A stretch of DNA of 64,000 bases from Chiloscyllium plagiosum (lineage: Eukaryota): assembly GCF_004010195.1 (NCBI RefSeq), contig NC_057718.1, forward strand, positions 81,087,666 to 81,151,665, in the 5' to 3' direction. The translations under genes and the position numbers were made by a program. A model generated the notes under the pieces. The model saw nothing but the letters and a program-made list of their open reading frames with translations, did no database searches and was not told the origin of the DNA. Shown piece by piece: positions 1 to 12,782 of this stretch (the first letter of the stretch is position 1; each line of letters begins with the position of its first letter).

Positions 1-796
1 ATGATCAGAGTAAGGAAACTCTGCACATAGTGGGTGAGGGAGAGCAAGGGTACTTTTGGTGCATTTGTGGAGATGTCCTGAGGGGGTGAGTAGGCTGTTT
101 CGAAGAGATTGAGGGTTAGTCATGGTCAGATGTTAGCGAGGATGAGAGTGAGTGGAGATGATGATGTAGGAAATGGTGTGTATGGTAGCAGAGATAGAGT
201 GCGTGTGAGGTATCAATGTGAAGATGGTGGCACTTTCACTGGCAGAGTGAAGAAGGTCTTAGTCTTCTTCCTATATTCTGTGCATTCCTTCAGATGGTTG
301 AGATTGCACTGGCCTGGATGGTAACCCTCGTCTACGTTGGCATGGTTGCAGTAAAATGGTTAACTCTGTTGGCGTGGGAGAAAAGGACATCCTGTCTTTG
401 GATCACCCCATTCCCTCACCATTTCCATGTCCCTGCCCATAAAGAGCAGCACCAATTTTCCATTATCTGTCACATCCAGGATCAATGTCAGGAGCCATGC
501 AGGGCAGCTCTGACAGCTCTTCTCTGGGTGCACAATGTCATTTTAAAAATGGTGCTGCACCTTGGATGTTGGTTAATCCTGGGATATTCAGGAAGTGGTG
601 AGTTGTTCTGGAAATGGCGCATGATTTGATGGGGCTAGAATGTGTAAAAGGGGCACCAAAGAATGGGGTACGTCATAAATCAGGCAGGTTTTCTGAAATA
701 AGGTGATATAACGTCCCTAACTATCATGTTGCGAAAATCTCCAAAAAAAAAACTTGACAAAGCTGACACTTAGTGAAAGAAATTAAGATTCAGCCC
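1..796 (-). mobile_element. Harbinger/PIF-like DNA transposon remnant with decayed Myb/SANT-like ORF
   Basis: Minus strand ~475-238 reads, across frameshifts and stops, GKLVLLFMGRDMEMV..NGVIQRQDVLF..TMPT*TRVTIQASAISTI*RNAQ..YRKKT..DLLHSA, a Myb/SANT (trihelix)-like pattern. Terminal 12-mer AAGATTCAGCCC at 785-796 (GGGCTGAATCTT on minus). Confidence 0.55.
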
Positions 797-1945
797 ATAG
801 AACATAGAACATTACAGCGCAGTATAGGCCCTTCAGCCTTCGATGTTGCTCTGACCTGTGGAACCAATCTGAAGCCCATCTAGCCTACACTATTCCATTC
901 TCGTCCATATAACTATCCAATGACCATTTAAATGCCCGTAAAGTTGGCGAGTCTATCACTATTGCAGGCAGTGTGTTCCACGCCCCTACTACTCTGAGTA
1001 AAGAAACCTCTGACATCTGTCCTATATCTATCACCCCTCAATTTGAAGCTATGCTCCCTCATGCTAGCCATCACCATCCTAGGAAAAAGGCTCTCACTGT
1101 CCACCTGATCCAACCCTCTGATTATCTTTATATATTTCATTAAGTTTGCCTCTCAACCTCCTTTTCTCTAACGGAAACAGCGTCAAGTCCCTCAGCCTTT
1201 GTCATAAGACCTTCCCTCCATACAAGGCAACATCCTAGTAAATCTCCTCTGATCCATTTCCAAAGCTTCCACATCCTTCCTCTGATGTGGTGACCAGAAC
1301 TGCACACAATGCTCCAAGTTCAGCCACACCAGAAATTTATCCAGCTGCAGCATGACCTAATGGTTCCAAACTTGATTCCTCTCCTAATAAAAGCTACTGC
1401 ACCGTATGCTTTCTTAACAGTTCTATCAATCTGGGTGGCAACTTTGAGGGATCTATGTACATGTACACAGAGATCTCTCTGGTCATCTACACAACCAAGA
1501 ATCTTACCATTCGCCCAGTACTCTGCATTCCTGTTACTCCTTCCAAAGTGAATCACCCCTCAGTTTTCTGCATCAAACTACATTTGCCACCTGTCAACCC
1601 AGCTCTGCAGCTTATCTACGTCCCTCTGTAACCTACAACATCCTTCGGCACTATCCACAACTGTATTGACCTTAGTGTCGTTTGCAAATTTACTAACCCA
1701 TTCTTTGACATCCTCATTCAGGTCACTTACAAAAGTGATAAACAGCCCTGGTCCCAAAACCGATCCTTGCGGTACATTGCTAGTAACTGAACTCCAAGAT
1801 GAACATTTCCCACAACCACCACCCTCTTTCTTCTTTCAGCTAGCCAGTTTCTGATCCAAACCACTAAATCACCCTCAATCCCATGCCTCCGTAGTTTGTG
1901 CAGTAGCCTGCCATGGGGAATCTTATCAAATGCCTTACTTAATCT
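797..1945 (-). mobile_element. CR1-clade LINE 3' fragment
   Basis: Minus ORF pieces IHFGRSNRNAEYWANGKIL and KIIRGLDQVDSESLFP...HSFKLRGDRYRTDVRG are typical of the CR1 ORF2 C-terminus. Short tandem (TTCTATG)n-type tail at ~797-810. Confidence 0.9.
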
Positions 1946-3388
1946 ATCAAGACAGGTTTAATTCTGGAATCTGACTTGAGCAATGTTACCATTGGATAGG
2001 ATCAGAAGACTGGCTGGAATGTAGTGCAGTCAGCAAGAATAGATGTCAATTGAGAGTAATCAGTTGAAGATTCTGATGAATCCCACCATACAACAGGTCA
2101 AAATGTGTTTAGACTGTGCAATCGCTTGTGTTAGGCTAACTAATATTTTTTGTTTCGATTTTTACTGGTATTTCTGGTGATTCACCCTAACCCTATTTTT
2201 TCCGTAGGCGTAATTATTTCTGTTGTATGCTTTTCTATAAAATGTCGCATGAAACGCAATTATGGCATTATAGAAAAACTACTTGTATTATATTAGCATC
2301 AGGAAGGCTGGGAGCAATGTTTGCATGGTTAAACTCCAGAAACTAAAGTTGCAAAACTAGTGTCTGCAGTGTTACTTCAACTTTTCATTGATTTCTGTTA
2401 ACTTTACTTTTTGTAACAATTCTCATCTCAATTCTTCAATCAGCAAATAATTGGGAGTTAAGCGCCTCTGGAAACATGTATTGAGTGCAGAGCTTGAATG
2501 TTGCTAAAAAATGTGACATGCTATTGAAAGTATTTGTCTTAAATTGGCTTAATATCATTCCTAGCCCACTTGGAATTGTTCATCAAATGCAATCCAGTTG
2601 CAGAGTCACATCCAGCATGACACATTGCTTTCTAAGATTTTCAAATATAAGCTAGTTAAGTACTGTCAGTATCCTACCATTTGTAGACAACAAAAGGGAG
2701 GTATGTTCTGCCTGTAATTGTGATGTAACTAGCACAGGATGCTGCCGTAATGTGCCACAAATAATAATGTGGTAACTGGATTTCTGTGCTGATGTGATGT
2801 CATATGTGTACTAATAAATATTGCCAAACAACACATTCTTTTGCCTGTTCACAATAGACAGAGGACTGATTTGTACTTATCCAGCCTCTGCCAACAAAAT
2901 TCAAAATGCAATGTCTAATGCTAAATGTGATTGTAATTGAACAACATTTGGTGAAAAATCCCAATTGTGCTAAGAATTAAACTAACAACCAATTTAAGAG
3001 TGTAACTGAGGCCTAGAAAGTGGCTCACTTGTGCTTGCTCGAAGCAACATATATTCTCTGCAGTCTATAGGAACATGTCCAGGCATTGAGATTAAGATGA
3101 ATGAAATAAAAAGTTATCTTATTCATCCTCTGTGGCACATGTTGATTAATTAGTCAATTTTCCAACTAATTATCACTCCTACCCTTTACTCATGCAATGT
3201 AAGTTACTGCTCCCTTTGAAATTTGGGATTTTTGCTTGTGTCCTAATGAGTGAAAAATGAAAAGTTTGGCATGTCCTCTTTTATCAGTAATATTTAATTT
3301 TTTTTGAATTTCTTATTTTTTAGCTGAGTATTTACATTCTTACATCTTTAAGATTTGTACATTTTTCCTTCCTCCTTTTATTTTGCAG

Positions 3389-3531
3389 AAATCAGCAGAG
3401 TGCGGAAAGATATGTACAATGACACGTTAAATGGAAGTACGGAGAAGAAAAGTGCAGAATTACCTGATGGTGTAGGGCCTATTGTACAGTTACAAGAGAA
3501 GCTTTATGTACCTGTCAAGGAATATCCTGAT
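3389..3531 (+). CDS. QKI: QKI (Quaking, STAR/KH-domain RNA-binding protein) internal coding exon, equivalent to exon 2
   Basis: Translates (G|AA)=[48 protein letters not shown], which I recognise as the QUA1-to-KH linker of vertebrate QKI. Polypyrimidine tract plus TTTTGCAG acceptor (AG 3387-3388) and GTAAGT donor at 3532. 143 bp, phase 1 in and phase 0 out. Confidence 0.95.
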
Positions 3532-4728
3532 GTAAGTATATGCTTCAACTAAAAATTTTCATACTATTCACAAAAGGAAAACTTTTGAATCCATTTATAT
3601 TGTCCTGGAAAACTTGTTGTCCTTGAAAGTTCTTGACCAACAAAACTTACAAATATGTGAGACTCATAGCATAAGTAGAAGCTAACTGCCAGGCAGGAGG
3701 CATTATTGGTCATAATGAGAGCTGATCTCTAAATCAGCCTTAGAGCAGATTAAGCAGGAGATCAAAAGTTGCTTCAAACTGTTTTGGCTCAGATTCATTT
3801 ATGAGAAGGGTGCCAGCAAGATATGATAGAATATCTTTGTAAAATCCATTGCTTTTTTGCTTTTGTGTACAGAGGTTACTGCTGGAGACTGAAACAATGC
3901 TTCCATAAGATATTGAGTTGTGTGGAGAGTTGAATAGTGAAGAGATAATATGTGGAGAGACATGTGAACAGACTGGGGAGATGATTTTATGAGCAACATA
4001 TGGTATCTACAGTGGACAAATGTAAAACTGAGACAAGAAAGGGAAATAAGTGAGGTTTAAAGGTACAACACAGAAGAGGAATCATGGATATTGTTGGGCT
4101 CAGTGAAATTAATAATAAATGATTCATAGTCAAATGGATAATGCAGAAATTCCAGAAGGTGATTGTGTATGCAAGAAGATGGTATAACCACATCTGGAAT
4201 GTTGTAAATGTGAGAAAAAAAAATCACCTGAAACTGATAATGGAGGATTCTGTATTGTTTAGTTAATAAACTTCATCCTGACTTGCTTACACTTTAACAT
4301 CAGGGTACAAAACCATCGGCTGAAATTTGGAAGAAAATACATTGACAATGCACCAATTTATCAACTTTATGTGGACCAGAATTTATAATATTTTGGATCA
4401 TACTTTGTGAAAGCAGATAGCATTTAGCAAGGGGAATGACACAACATTTAATGCAGTGATTTATAAATGGATAAGAGTACTTGGAGCAGGAGTTGATCTG
4501 CAGAGCCTGCAATTTCCTATGTTTCTACAGTGTTCCATTTTAGGCTCTGATCTGCAACTAGTTTTCCTTTGTTCATGCCCCCAGTGTCCTCTGATTTACT
4601 CAGACAGAGTGATACTTTTAACATTACCTGACATACAAGCCTGCTCCTCTTTTTTACATTAAAAATACATACATCAAGGTGAAATATTTGTCAATGACTA
4701 ACAACACTGTATCTGACGATATTGTACA

Positions 4729-4864
4729 CACAACAACCTCGACTATCCAAATGAAACGGGCAGAGAATATTTTGTCTGGATAATTGATCGTTCGGGGAAC
4801 GTTTTTACGGGACCTTGAGATCTTGTTTGGATAATCTGAAATTCGGATAATTGAGGTTGTTCAT
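4729..4864. mobile_element. Short Tc1/mariner (pogo/Tigger-like) MITE
   Basis: Degenerate TIRs CACAACAACCTCGACTATCCAAA and TTCGGATAATTGAGGTTGTTCAT. Internal sequence is shared with both ends of the 8988-9676 element. Confidence 0.65.
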
Positions 4865-5829
4865 TACACGTTTCCTAATTGTACATTAGTTGTCAAATGG
4901 GACAAGCTCTAAATCCTTTGATTTTGAAAGCTAGCTTATACATCCTCTTGCAATCTTCTAAACAAAATTAGCCAGGTTTCCTGGAGCATATTTTGACAAT
5001 GAAGAACCCTGTTTGGTCAATTTGTTCATCATGTTGTCAATGTTCCAACTGTTGCACATTGTGCTCAAAGTTTGATATGATCACCATATTTGTCTCTGTT
5101 GTAAATGCCATAGGTATAAAAATAAAAATATTATAAGTATTAAATTGGAACCTGGGAACAAGCATTGGCTATTGGGCCTGGCTAGTCATTTTAATTTGAT
5201 CATATCTGATGTGTAGTTCACATGTTTTTATCATCCTTTTATCCCTTGATACATTTACTTAGCAGAAATCTATCTGTTTCAATTATGACACAGCATCCAC
5301 TCTCTCCACAGGAAGACAGGTCCAGGGTTCTTCGACCATTCATGTGGAGAAACATTTCCTGATTTCACTCCTGCATGGCTCTGCTCTAATTTTCTATTGC
5401 TATTCAGTATGGTGTCGGAACTTTGTGGAAAATTGTATACCTCCTCTATGGCTTGTTGGAGGTGGAGAGCATTTTTAATTGGTGAGAGGATGGCATATTC
5501 ACATCCTAACTCTTTTTGTTAAAATTAAATCCAGAATGGGAAGGCCCATAATTGGATTTCCTGTTTTAGACAAGTACAACCAATTCAGGACCTCATCCAA
5601 CTGCTGATGCTGTGTGGGCCTGTTACAACTTGGGAATACAGCAAACAAATCTGTGTGGATTACTTATGGAATACCAAGCTCTACAGTGACCCCGATGACT
5701 CTGTAAAAGCCTGTTATGTGTATTTAGCATTGTATATATGGGTGTTTTGTTACTCATCTCTGCACCAATTTTATGCGGCAGACTATTGATACATTTGTCT
5801 TCAGCACATGATGTAATCTAAGAAAAAAT

Positions 5830-6050
5830 AAAACACAGAACTGTGGATGTTGGAGATCTGAAACAAAGACACATTGCTGGAGAAACTCTAAGTCTGGAGG
5901 CAGCTGTGGGACGAATTAGCATTTAGAGTCTGGTGACTGTTCATCAAAACTCATCTGATGATGATTTGCTGGAATTGAAACATTAATTCTGCTTTCTTCC
6001 CACAGATGCTGTCAGACCTGCTGGTTTTCTTCAGCAATTTTTGTTTTTGC
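5830..6050. mobile_element. Old palindromic Penelope-terminus-derived element
   Basis: Inverted arms (TTGCTGGAGAAACTC...GCAGCTGTGG and CCACAGATGCTG...TTTTCTTCAGCAA). Degenerate CTGATGA (5955) ... GAAAC (5977) near the centre. Confidence 0.6.
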
Positions 6051-6339
6051 ATATAATCTAAGAAGTGAGTTCACTGAAACTTGATCAGTTGAGTCTAATG
6101 GTTTGATTATTACTGGGACCTAATTTTAAGAGGAGTGGATTTCTATGGATAAATGAATGAACAACATAATTCCTTTTTTGTTCAACTCTACCTCAAAGTA
6201 GAATTTTCATCCATTGATGTGGAAGAAAGAGGAAAAAAAAACTCCAATTGATTACTCTGTTGCTCTGTTATAGCTTTATAATTCAGCATCTGAAATGTAT
6301 TTTACTTCTTTGCATGAAAGTTAACATGTTTTTAAAATG

Positions 6340-9300
6340 ATTTTTTGGAAATTTTTTTTTACAAAATTACAAAAACAATAAACAACTCATCTATATAAAT
6401 ACAAACAAAACAAAACTACACTCATGTGCAAGATAAATAGTCCAGTAGAAATAATATTAAAACAATTAAATAACCCACAGCTCACCACAATGAAACAATA
6501 ACTGCCGACCCTCAAACCATTGAATGTAACACCCACATTTAGTCGAAATTTTTCCTCTCGGGTTACCAAGTTCACTAAATCATAGCGTCATGCCTACACA
6601 AAAGCCCTAATTAAAATGGCAGACAAGTCAGTGTCTAGATAATCCAAATAGCGTTGCCATGTCTTATAAAAAATTTCAGTTTTTTGGTGCACAATATTTG
6701 TAAGAAAGTCCAGGGGAATATGTTTCATGATTAGCTTACGCCAACCTGATAGGCCCAGGGGTTTTCAGACACACCCAATACATCAAAATATTTTTCCTTG
6801 TGCAGAACGTCTGTGGCAGGGCCACAGACAGTGAGTGAGAGTACCAGTACTTATTTTACACTTGGAGCGCTGAGGATATTTCGAGAGACAGTCTGGGGCC
6901 AGATGGACCCTGTGAAGAATCTTCAGCTGCATGACATCGGTCCTCTTACAGATCAAAATCTCTCTGGCATTTTCACAGATATCCTCCCATGTCTCAAATG
7001 AAATCTCAACTCCTAACTGTCACTCCCAGACCTCTCATACTCACTCAATATCATCCAAGGACCATCCTCCAACAGATGATAAAGAGTACTAATTGAGAGA
7101 GTGCTCTTGGCATGAAGTACTATCTTCTCTGTATCGGATTTGTAAGAGTCAGTCAAGAGCATGGTTCCTTTTTGAATAAAATCCCTAATCTAAAAAAAAC
7201 AAGTAAGGATAGATAATCCCTGCTAGATAATCCATACTCGCAGTTTATTTAGTCAAAAAACATCAATGTTTCGCCGTCACCTAAGTCACCCAAACAGGAA
7301 ACTCCCCAAGCTGCCCAGATTTCAACTGGGGGTCCACTATCCCTGGCCAGAGCCCTGGCCTACCAACTATAGATATATTACCTCACTCTGCTGCATTGCC
7401 CTCCACACGTTGATAGTATTAATAATTATTGGATTACAACAGTACTCCGCAACGGTTCTCATTTTTTCAAAGAACAACTAGCTAATAAGGGGACACTTTA
7501 CCTGGGAGGCCTCAATATCCAACCGTATTGATGCCAGGTCCTCTCCAGCCCAGTCGCTGCAAGGTAAAAGGGAGCTTCATTGATACCTTCTCGTAGTCTC
7601 AAGCAGGTGCTGCTGCTTCCCCTTCTGTCGCTTCCAACTGGCAGAGTAAGAAATAATGATCCCAATAACATAAGCCTTAGCAGTCTCCATTGGTGGCTAA
7701 GTTGCAGTGGGTCACAGCTCTTCGGTCCACCTTGAATTCCATGCTCTCTGACAGCAAGGAAGGAACTTTGCTTTGCGAAACACAGGTTGAGCATGGTAAT
7801 AGGCCAGGCAAATATCTGGCTAGGGAAAAGACAGGTTACTAGCCATATCAGAATTAATGACCAAGAATGCTTTAAACTCATTAGAAAAGTACTTGACCTT
7901 ACTGTCCTTGAGGATAAAGGGGTCCATTTGCCAGTGCTATGAACCTGCTACATTGCCCTTAATCTTGACCACTCAATATACTGCTGCGTGATTGGAAATT
8001 CCTAATTGTGCAAGGCATCACCCAATCCCAAAAAAAAACACAGGAGCTCGGAAAAGATCAATCATAATATGATACATGTGTGGATTAGAAAAAAAGCGTA
8101 AAGTCCCTTCCTGTAGGGCGGAGACACCTCTAAACATCCACCAGTCCCAATTCCATACATAAATTGACTAGTTGCTTAGACTGCAGAGGAAGTTTTGGGG
8201 TGCCTTTGGGCATTCTAGCCACCGCAGGATCCATGAGACAATTAAAATCACACCCTTAAATAATATGCTGCAACGCAAGGGCGATCAATTTGGAGAATGC
8301 ATCTATCAGAAATTTAAGGGGGTGCACCAGGGGACAATAAACATTCAAAATACCATACTCTTCACCATATACTGAGGCCTTAAGCATTACGAACCGCCCA
8401 TACTCATCTTTAATATGATCTAGTAACTTAAATGGCAGATTCTTCCAAACAAGTATGGCCTTTCCCCTACTTAATATTGAAGGACAAAAAAAACACCTGA
8501 TCATACCTATCTTGTTGTAATTTCAGATGTTCCTTATCATCAAAGTGAGTTACCTGCAACAGAGCAATATCAACTCACTCCTTTTTAAGACTCGAGTACT
8601 TTTTTCGTCTTGACCGGCAAATGACTCCCTTTAATGTCCCAGGTACACCATTTGAGACCACAATTAGCCATTATCCCTAAAACAGTCTCTGAATGCCTGA
8701 AAGGAAGAATTCGACTTACAAATTGCTGAGTATAAATTAAGATAGACTCATGGAGCCTAAAAACTACACACACTGAAACAACTACACCTAACAAACTAAC
8801 GGAACTTTAAAAAAATTGCATCTACAAAAAAACAACAAACTAAACCAAATACAAAATACAAAAGGCACTTAATGGGGGACTCTACCCCCTGCCTTAGGGG
8901 GCACTTACACATCTCCCATACACTTCCATAACTCCTTCCAACTTGAGCCGCACCGCAAACTCAAGCAAAAGAAAGAAAAAAGGTAAACAGAGGAACTTTG
9001 ATTATCTGAACGAGATGGGCGGGCACTGTTTTCGGATAATTGATTATTCGGTTAATTGATTCAATGCCTGTCTTCTGGGGCATGGAGTTTTCTGAAGTTT
9101 CCTTTTTCCTTGCTCTGCCTGCCTTGCTCCCTCTCTCTGTCTCAGGGTTTGTTTCTGAGCAGACACACACCTGTGTGCAAGGGATCTGCAGCATTGCTGA
9201 AGCCTCCTGTCTACACCTCCCCCCTCCTCCACCAAGTTCAATGGGATTGACACCACAATCACTTGCTAAGTCCGCTCCCCGTTCAGGAGACTAGGCAGCA

Positions 9301-10847
9301 GCACACAGTGTGTGTGTGTCCACTTCCGCCTTCGCACACCCTGTCTGACCCGGCCTCCCTGCGCCCCCCACCCCCACCCCCATCAGGCACCCTCCCGAAC
9401 CCCGTCCGTCCATTCCCAACCACCACTTCCCACCTTCTGGGGAGCCAGACTGGACACCATTACTAAGACTGCTGCTGCCTTTGGGTTAGGGGGGGTGAGT
9501 CTCAGAATTGCACGCGCACACTCATGCAGCCATACATGTAACCTTTCACTATAACGTTTTGACAGGTTCCACAGGACAATGTTGGAGAGATGTAATGTTT
9601 CTATCGGGACCTTAAGATCATCTTCAGATAATCCAAAATTCGGATAATTGATATTCGGATAATCAAGGTTCCCCTGTATTAACAAAGAAGTTAAAAGTGA
9701 GCACTCCAACTATACATTAACCTCAATTAACATTGGAAAAAATGCAACAACACTTTAAGAAAAGGTGAGAAGTACAAAAGAAAAAGAGAAAACATTATTG
9801 TCCATATCCTTTCGAACATCCAATTTATTTTAAAGTGTCCAGAAAGTTTTATGCTTCAAGAATCAAATGAGTGTCCAGACCCATGTTAAGTAAAATGAAG
9901 CACCGCTGGGTACCTTACAGAGTACTGAATACTGAGGTCCCTTAGTCTTTGCTTCACCTCGTCAAAGGACTTCCTTTTACGGATCACGGCTGCAGAAAAC
10001 TCCTGAAAGAACATTATCTTGGATTCTTTGTAAATCAAGGCCTGTGGATCCTTCCCCTGCATTCTAGAAGCTTCCATTACTCTCTGTTTGTTCCTGTAGC
10101 AATGGAATCACACGAGGACTGGGCGGGGGCATTGGTCCAAACCGGGCCTGCGCGCTGTAACCCGGTGAACTCTTATTGACCTTCACCCGGCCCACCTCGG
10201 CTTCCCAACCAAGAAAGTGCGACAGCCAGTCTTCAGAAAAACTTACTGGCTGCTCGCCTTCCACTCCCTCCAACAGCTCGATGATTGGATATTCTTTTTC
10301 CAATCTCCGTTTTCGAGGTAGTCAACCTATTCTGTTAAGGCCCAGACCTGCTTCTTGAGGGCCTGGATCCACTCTGTCGAGGACTCAATCATGGTCTCAG
10401 ATGCGGCAGTCTGCCGTTTAACCTCCTCCATTCGCTTTCCGAGCCCTTCCAGCTTCTGCTTGTGTTTGTGTAGCATGGCCGAGATCGGTTCCAGCCTGGT
10501 GCGACTTTCCTTGATCAACGCCTCAGTCATCTCCCAGAGCTTCACAGACTCTGCAGCCAAGGTCTGTTTGGTAAGTGACTCCAGTGGAGTTGCAGAGGAG
10601 GCTGAAGTTGCAGTTGCAGTCCCGGGTGTATCCAGTGCTGCCAGAGAATGTCCTGCATGTTGGGATTTACCTGACCTTTTAGTCATCTTCCCTTGCTAAA
10701 AAAAAGGTTTGTAACGATTCCACCAATACTTAATTATCATATTTTTCCAAAATATCTTGGGTGGAGGATAAAAGCACCACTTCGCCTGTGTTGTGGTGCA
10801 GAGCTCAGCATAACAGACCTTTCAGATCGCTGCCATCTTGGATCCCC
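6340..10847 (-). mobile_element. L1-clade LINE retaining both ends, RT domain deleted, degenerate
   Basis: 5' end GGGGATCCAAGATGGC. ORF1 fragments ~10686-9800 include a coiled coil and KIMFFQEFSAAVIRKRKSFDEVKQRLRDLSIQYSVRYPA (Transposase_22-like). ORF2 APE endonuclease starts ~8670 (WCTWDIKGSH, DEYGRFVMLKASVYGEEYGILNVYCP). ORF2 C-terminus ~7590-6570. A-rich tail (T-run on +) ~6340-6360. Confidence 0.88.
8988..9676. mobile_element. 689-bp non-autonomous Tc1/mariner (pogo/Tigger-like) element nested in the L1 inter-ORF region
   Basis: 23-bp TIRs CAGAGGAACTTTGATTATCTGAA vs reverse complement of the right end CAGGGGAACCTTGATTATCCGAA (20/23). TA follows the right end; the left flank is AA. No transposase. 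Confidence 0.8.
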
Positions 10848-11754
10848 GAACATCATCATGTTTACTGCTGTGCTCTCTTTAATTTTTTTGGTGCTGTAAT
10901 ATTGTTCAGTACTGTAATTTTGCAACAATGCTTTGCAAGTTAACATTTTAGGTGCCTTTTCGTAAGTTGACCAAAAGAATTTATGTTGTGGTGTTCTAAC
11001 AATGTGATGATAATCTTCCCTCGCATTAAAAAATTCTTTTGTTTGGATAAGCATTAATGATCTCCTGTTCTTGGGAAAGATGAACAAAAAATGTCGCCGT
11101 TTGACATATAACCACACCCATATCTTTAGCTTCTAATATATCTTTTTGTATCTCTACATTTCCTACACTTCTGTGTTTAATTAGTATTACATAGCAGCGT
11201 TAAAATATTTTGTTTTTTCAAAGCTCTTCTTAAGATTTCTTGAGACTTTTTGATTTTGGAATGAGTTTTTGGTTTTCAGGAGTTACTTTTTCATGCTCAC
11301 TAACTCATTCATTTGATGATACAGTCCCTTCATCACAGTACCTTCTGTATGTAAAAAAAAAATTATTACAGCATTATAAATTGAACAATCTCTCTGGTTC
11401 TGAAAAGTTAAGTTTCTGTTATATCTCAGCAAGCATATACTGCAATCTTTTGAACTGAATAAGGTTGCATGATCGCAAGTTTCTAGGACTTGAAATCTTC
11501 ATTTCCTTTTCCTTCTTTTGAAGGACAATAAATTGTGCTATTATAGATTTGTGTATCTTTGGCACATGGATTTCACAATTGCTAAGTCATATTTCACTTT
11601 GACTTTATTCGATTTGAGTAATCTCAAGGAATTGATTCTTCTACTTATTGAAGTTCACAAAGCTGATGCTTTCTACATATATAAAGAGCTGTTCACAAAG
11701 CCATCACTAAAAGCATATGAGTCGGCAGAGTCAAAATGGGCTCAACATGCCACA

Positions 11755-12104
11755 GGGTGACTATTTGGCTCAGTGGTTAGCACTGCTACCTCACAGCTCC
11801 AGGACCCGGGGTTGCTTCCAGGTTTCGGTCACTGTCTGTGTGGAGTTTGCATGTTCTCTCTGTTTGTGGGGGGTGCTCTAGTTTCATGTCTCAGTCCAAA
11901 GAGGTGCAAGTTAGGTGGATTGGCAACACTAAATTGTCTATGGTGTCTTTAGTTGTGCAGGCTAGATAGAATACGCATGGGAAACGCAGAGTCATATGGA
12001 TTGAATAAGGGGCTAGGTCTGGGTGGAATGCTGTTGTGAGAGTTGGTGCATACTTGACGGGCTGAATGGCCACTTTCTGCACTGTAAGGAATCTGTGATT
12101 CTAT
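11755..12104 (+). mobile_element. tRNA-derived V-SINE (HE1-like), old copy
   Basis: A-box TGGCTCAGTGG, V-domain TGTGTGGAGTTTGCATGTTCTC, CR1-like 3' tail. Confidence 0.85.
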
Positions 12105-12782
12105 ATTAATGCATTTATAGTGCAGTTCAACTGGATATTGTCTTGGAAGAGCAAGAATAATCTTAATTATTTCTAGTGTAGTGGTAATTGATGAGTCAAT
12201 GGATGATGGTCTCATGAACAAAGCAACTATTGTGAGTAAGGTTTTAGAATTAATAAGTGTGTTGGGTCTGCTTCAACCTTCATGAAGAGAAACATATGAC
12301 ATCCAACTTTTTTTTGTCCAAGTTGGAAAGAAATGAAATCCTTTATGAAAATAATACCATCTAAGTTCTTTCTGGATAGGCAGGTAGAAATTCACCATAA
12401 GTCTTAGAGTATTTGAACTGGCTATAGAAGCATCCATTTAGGTTCTGAACTTGAAGGTATAGTGTAGAATAAGGAGTCAGCTGATTGAGTGTCACGTATC
12501 CAGAAGTACCTTTACTCAAAGGGACATTCTGTACTCTATAATGCTGTGGATTTGCAATTGCTGAAATTGCAAAAAGTGGGAATTGGGAAGGAAAGTGGAG
12601 TTTTGAGGTCAAACATCAGTCACAATCTCATGAATGTTGGACCAGGCTGAAAGGGCCATTTGGCCTACTCTTATTTCTTGTACTCTTTCGTAAAGATTTA
12701 TGTTTTTTACATGTTGAATAAATTTGTTTGAGATACAAACAGATTCTACTTTGCTACGTCTGGGCACCATGGCAAGAGATGT

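Noticed and set aside
3620..4260. Possible ancient LINE endonuclease remnant (IMDIVGLSEI)
   Set aside because: Only one short motif is recognisable; too weak to call without a profile search.
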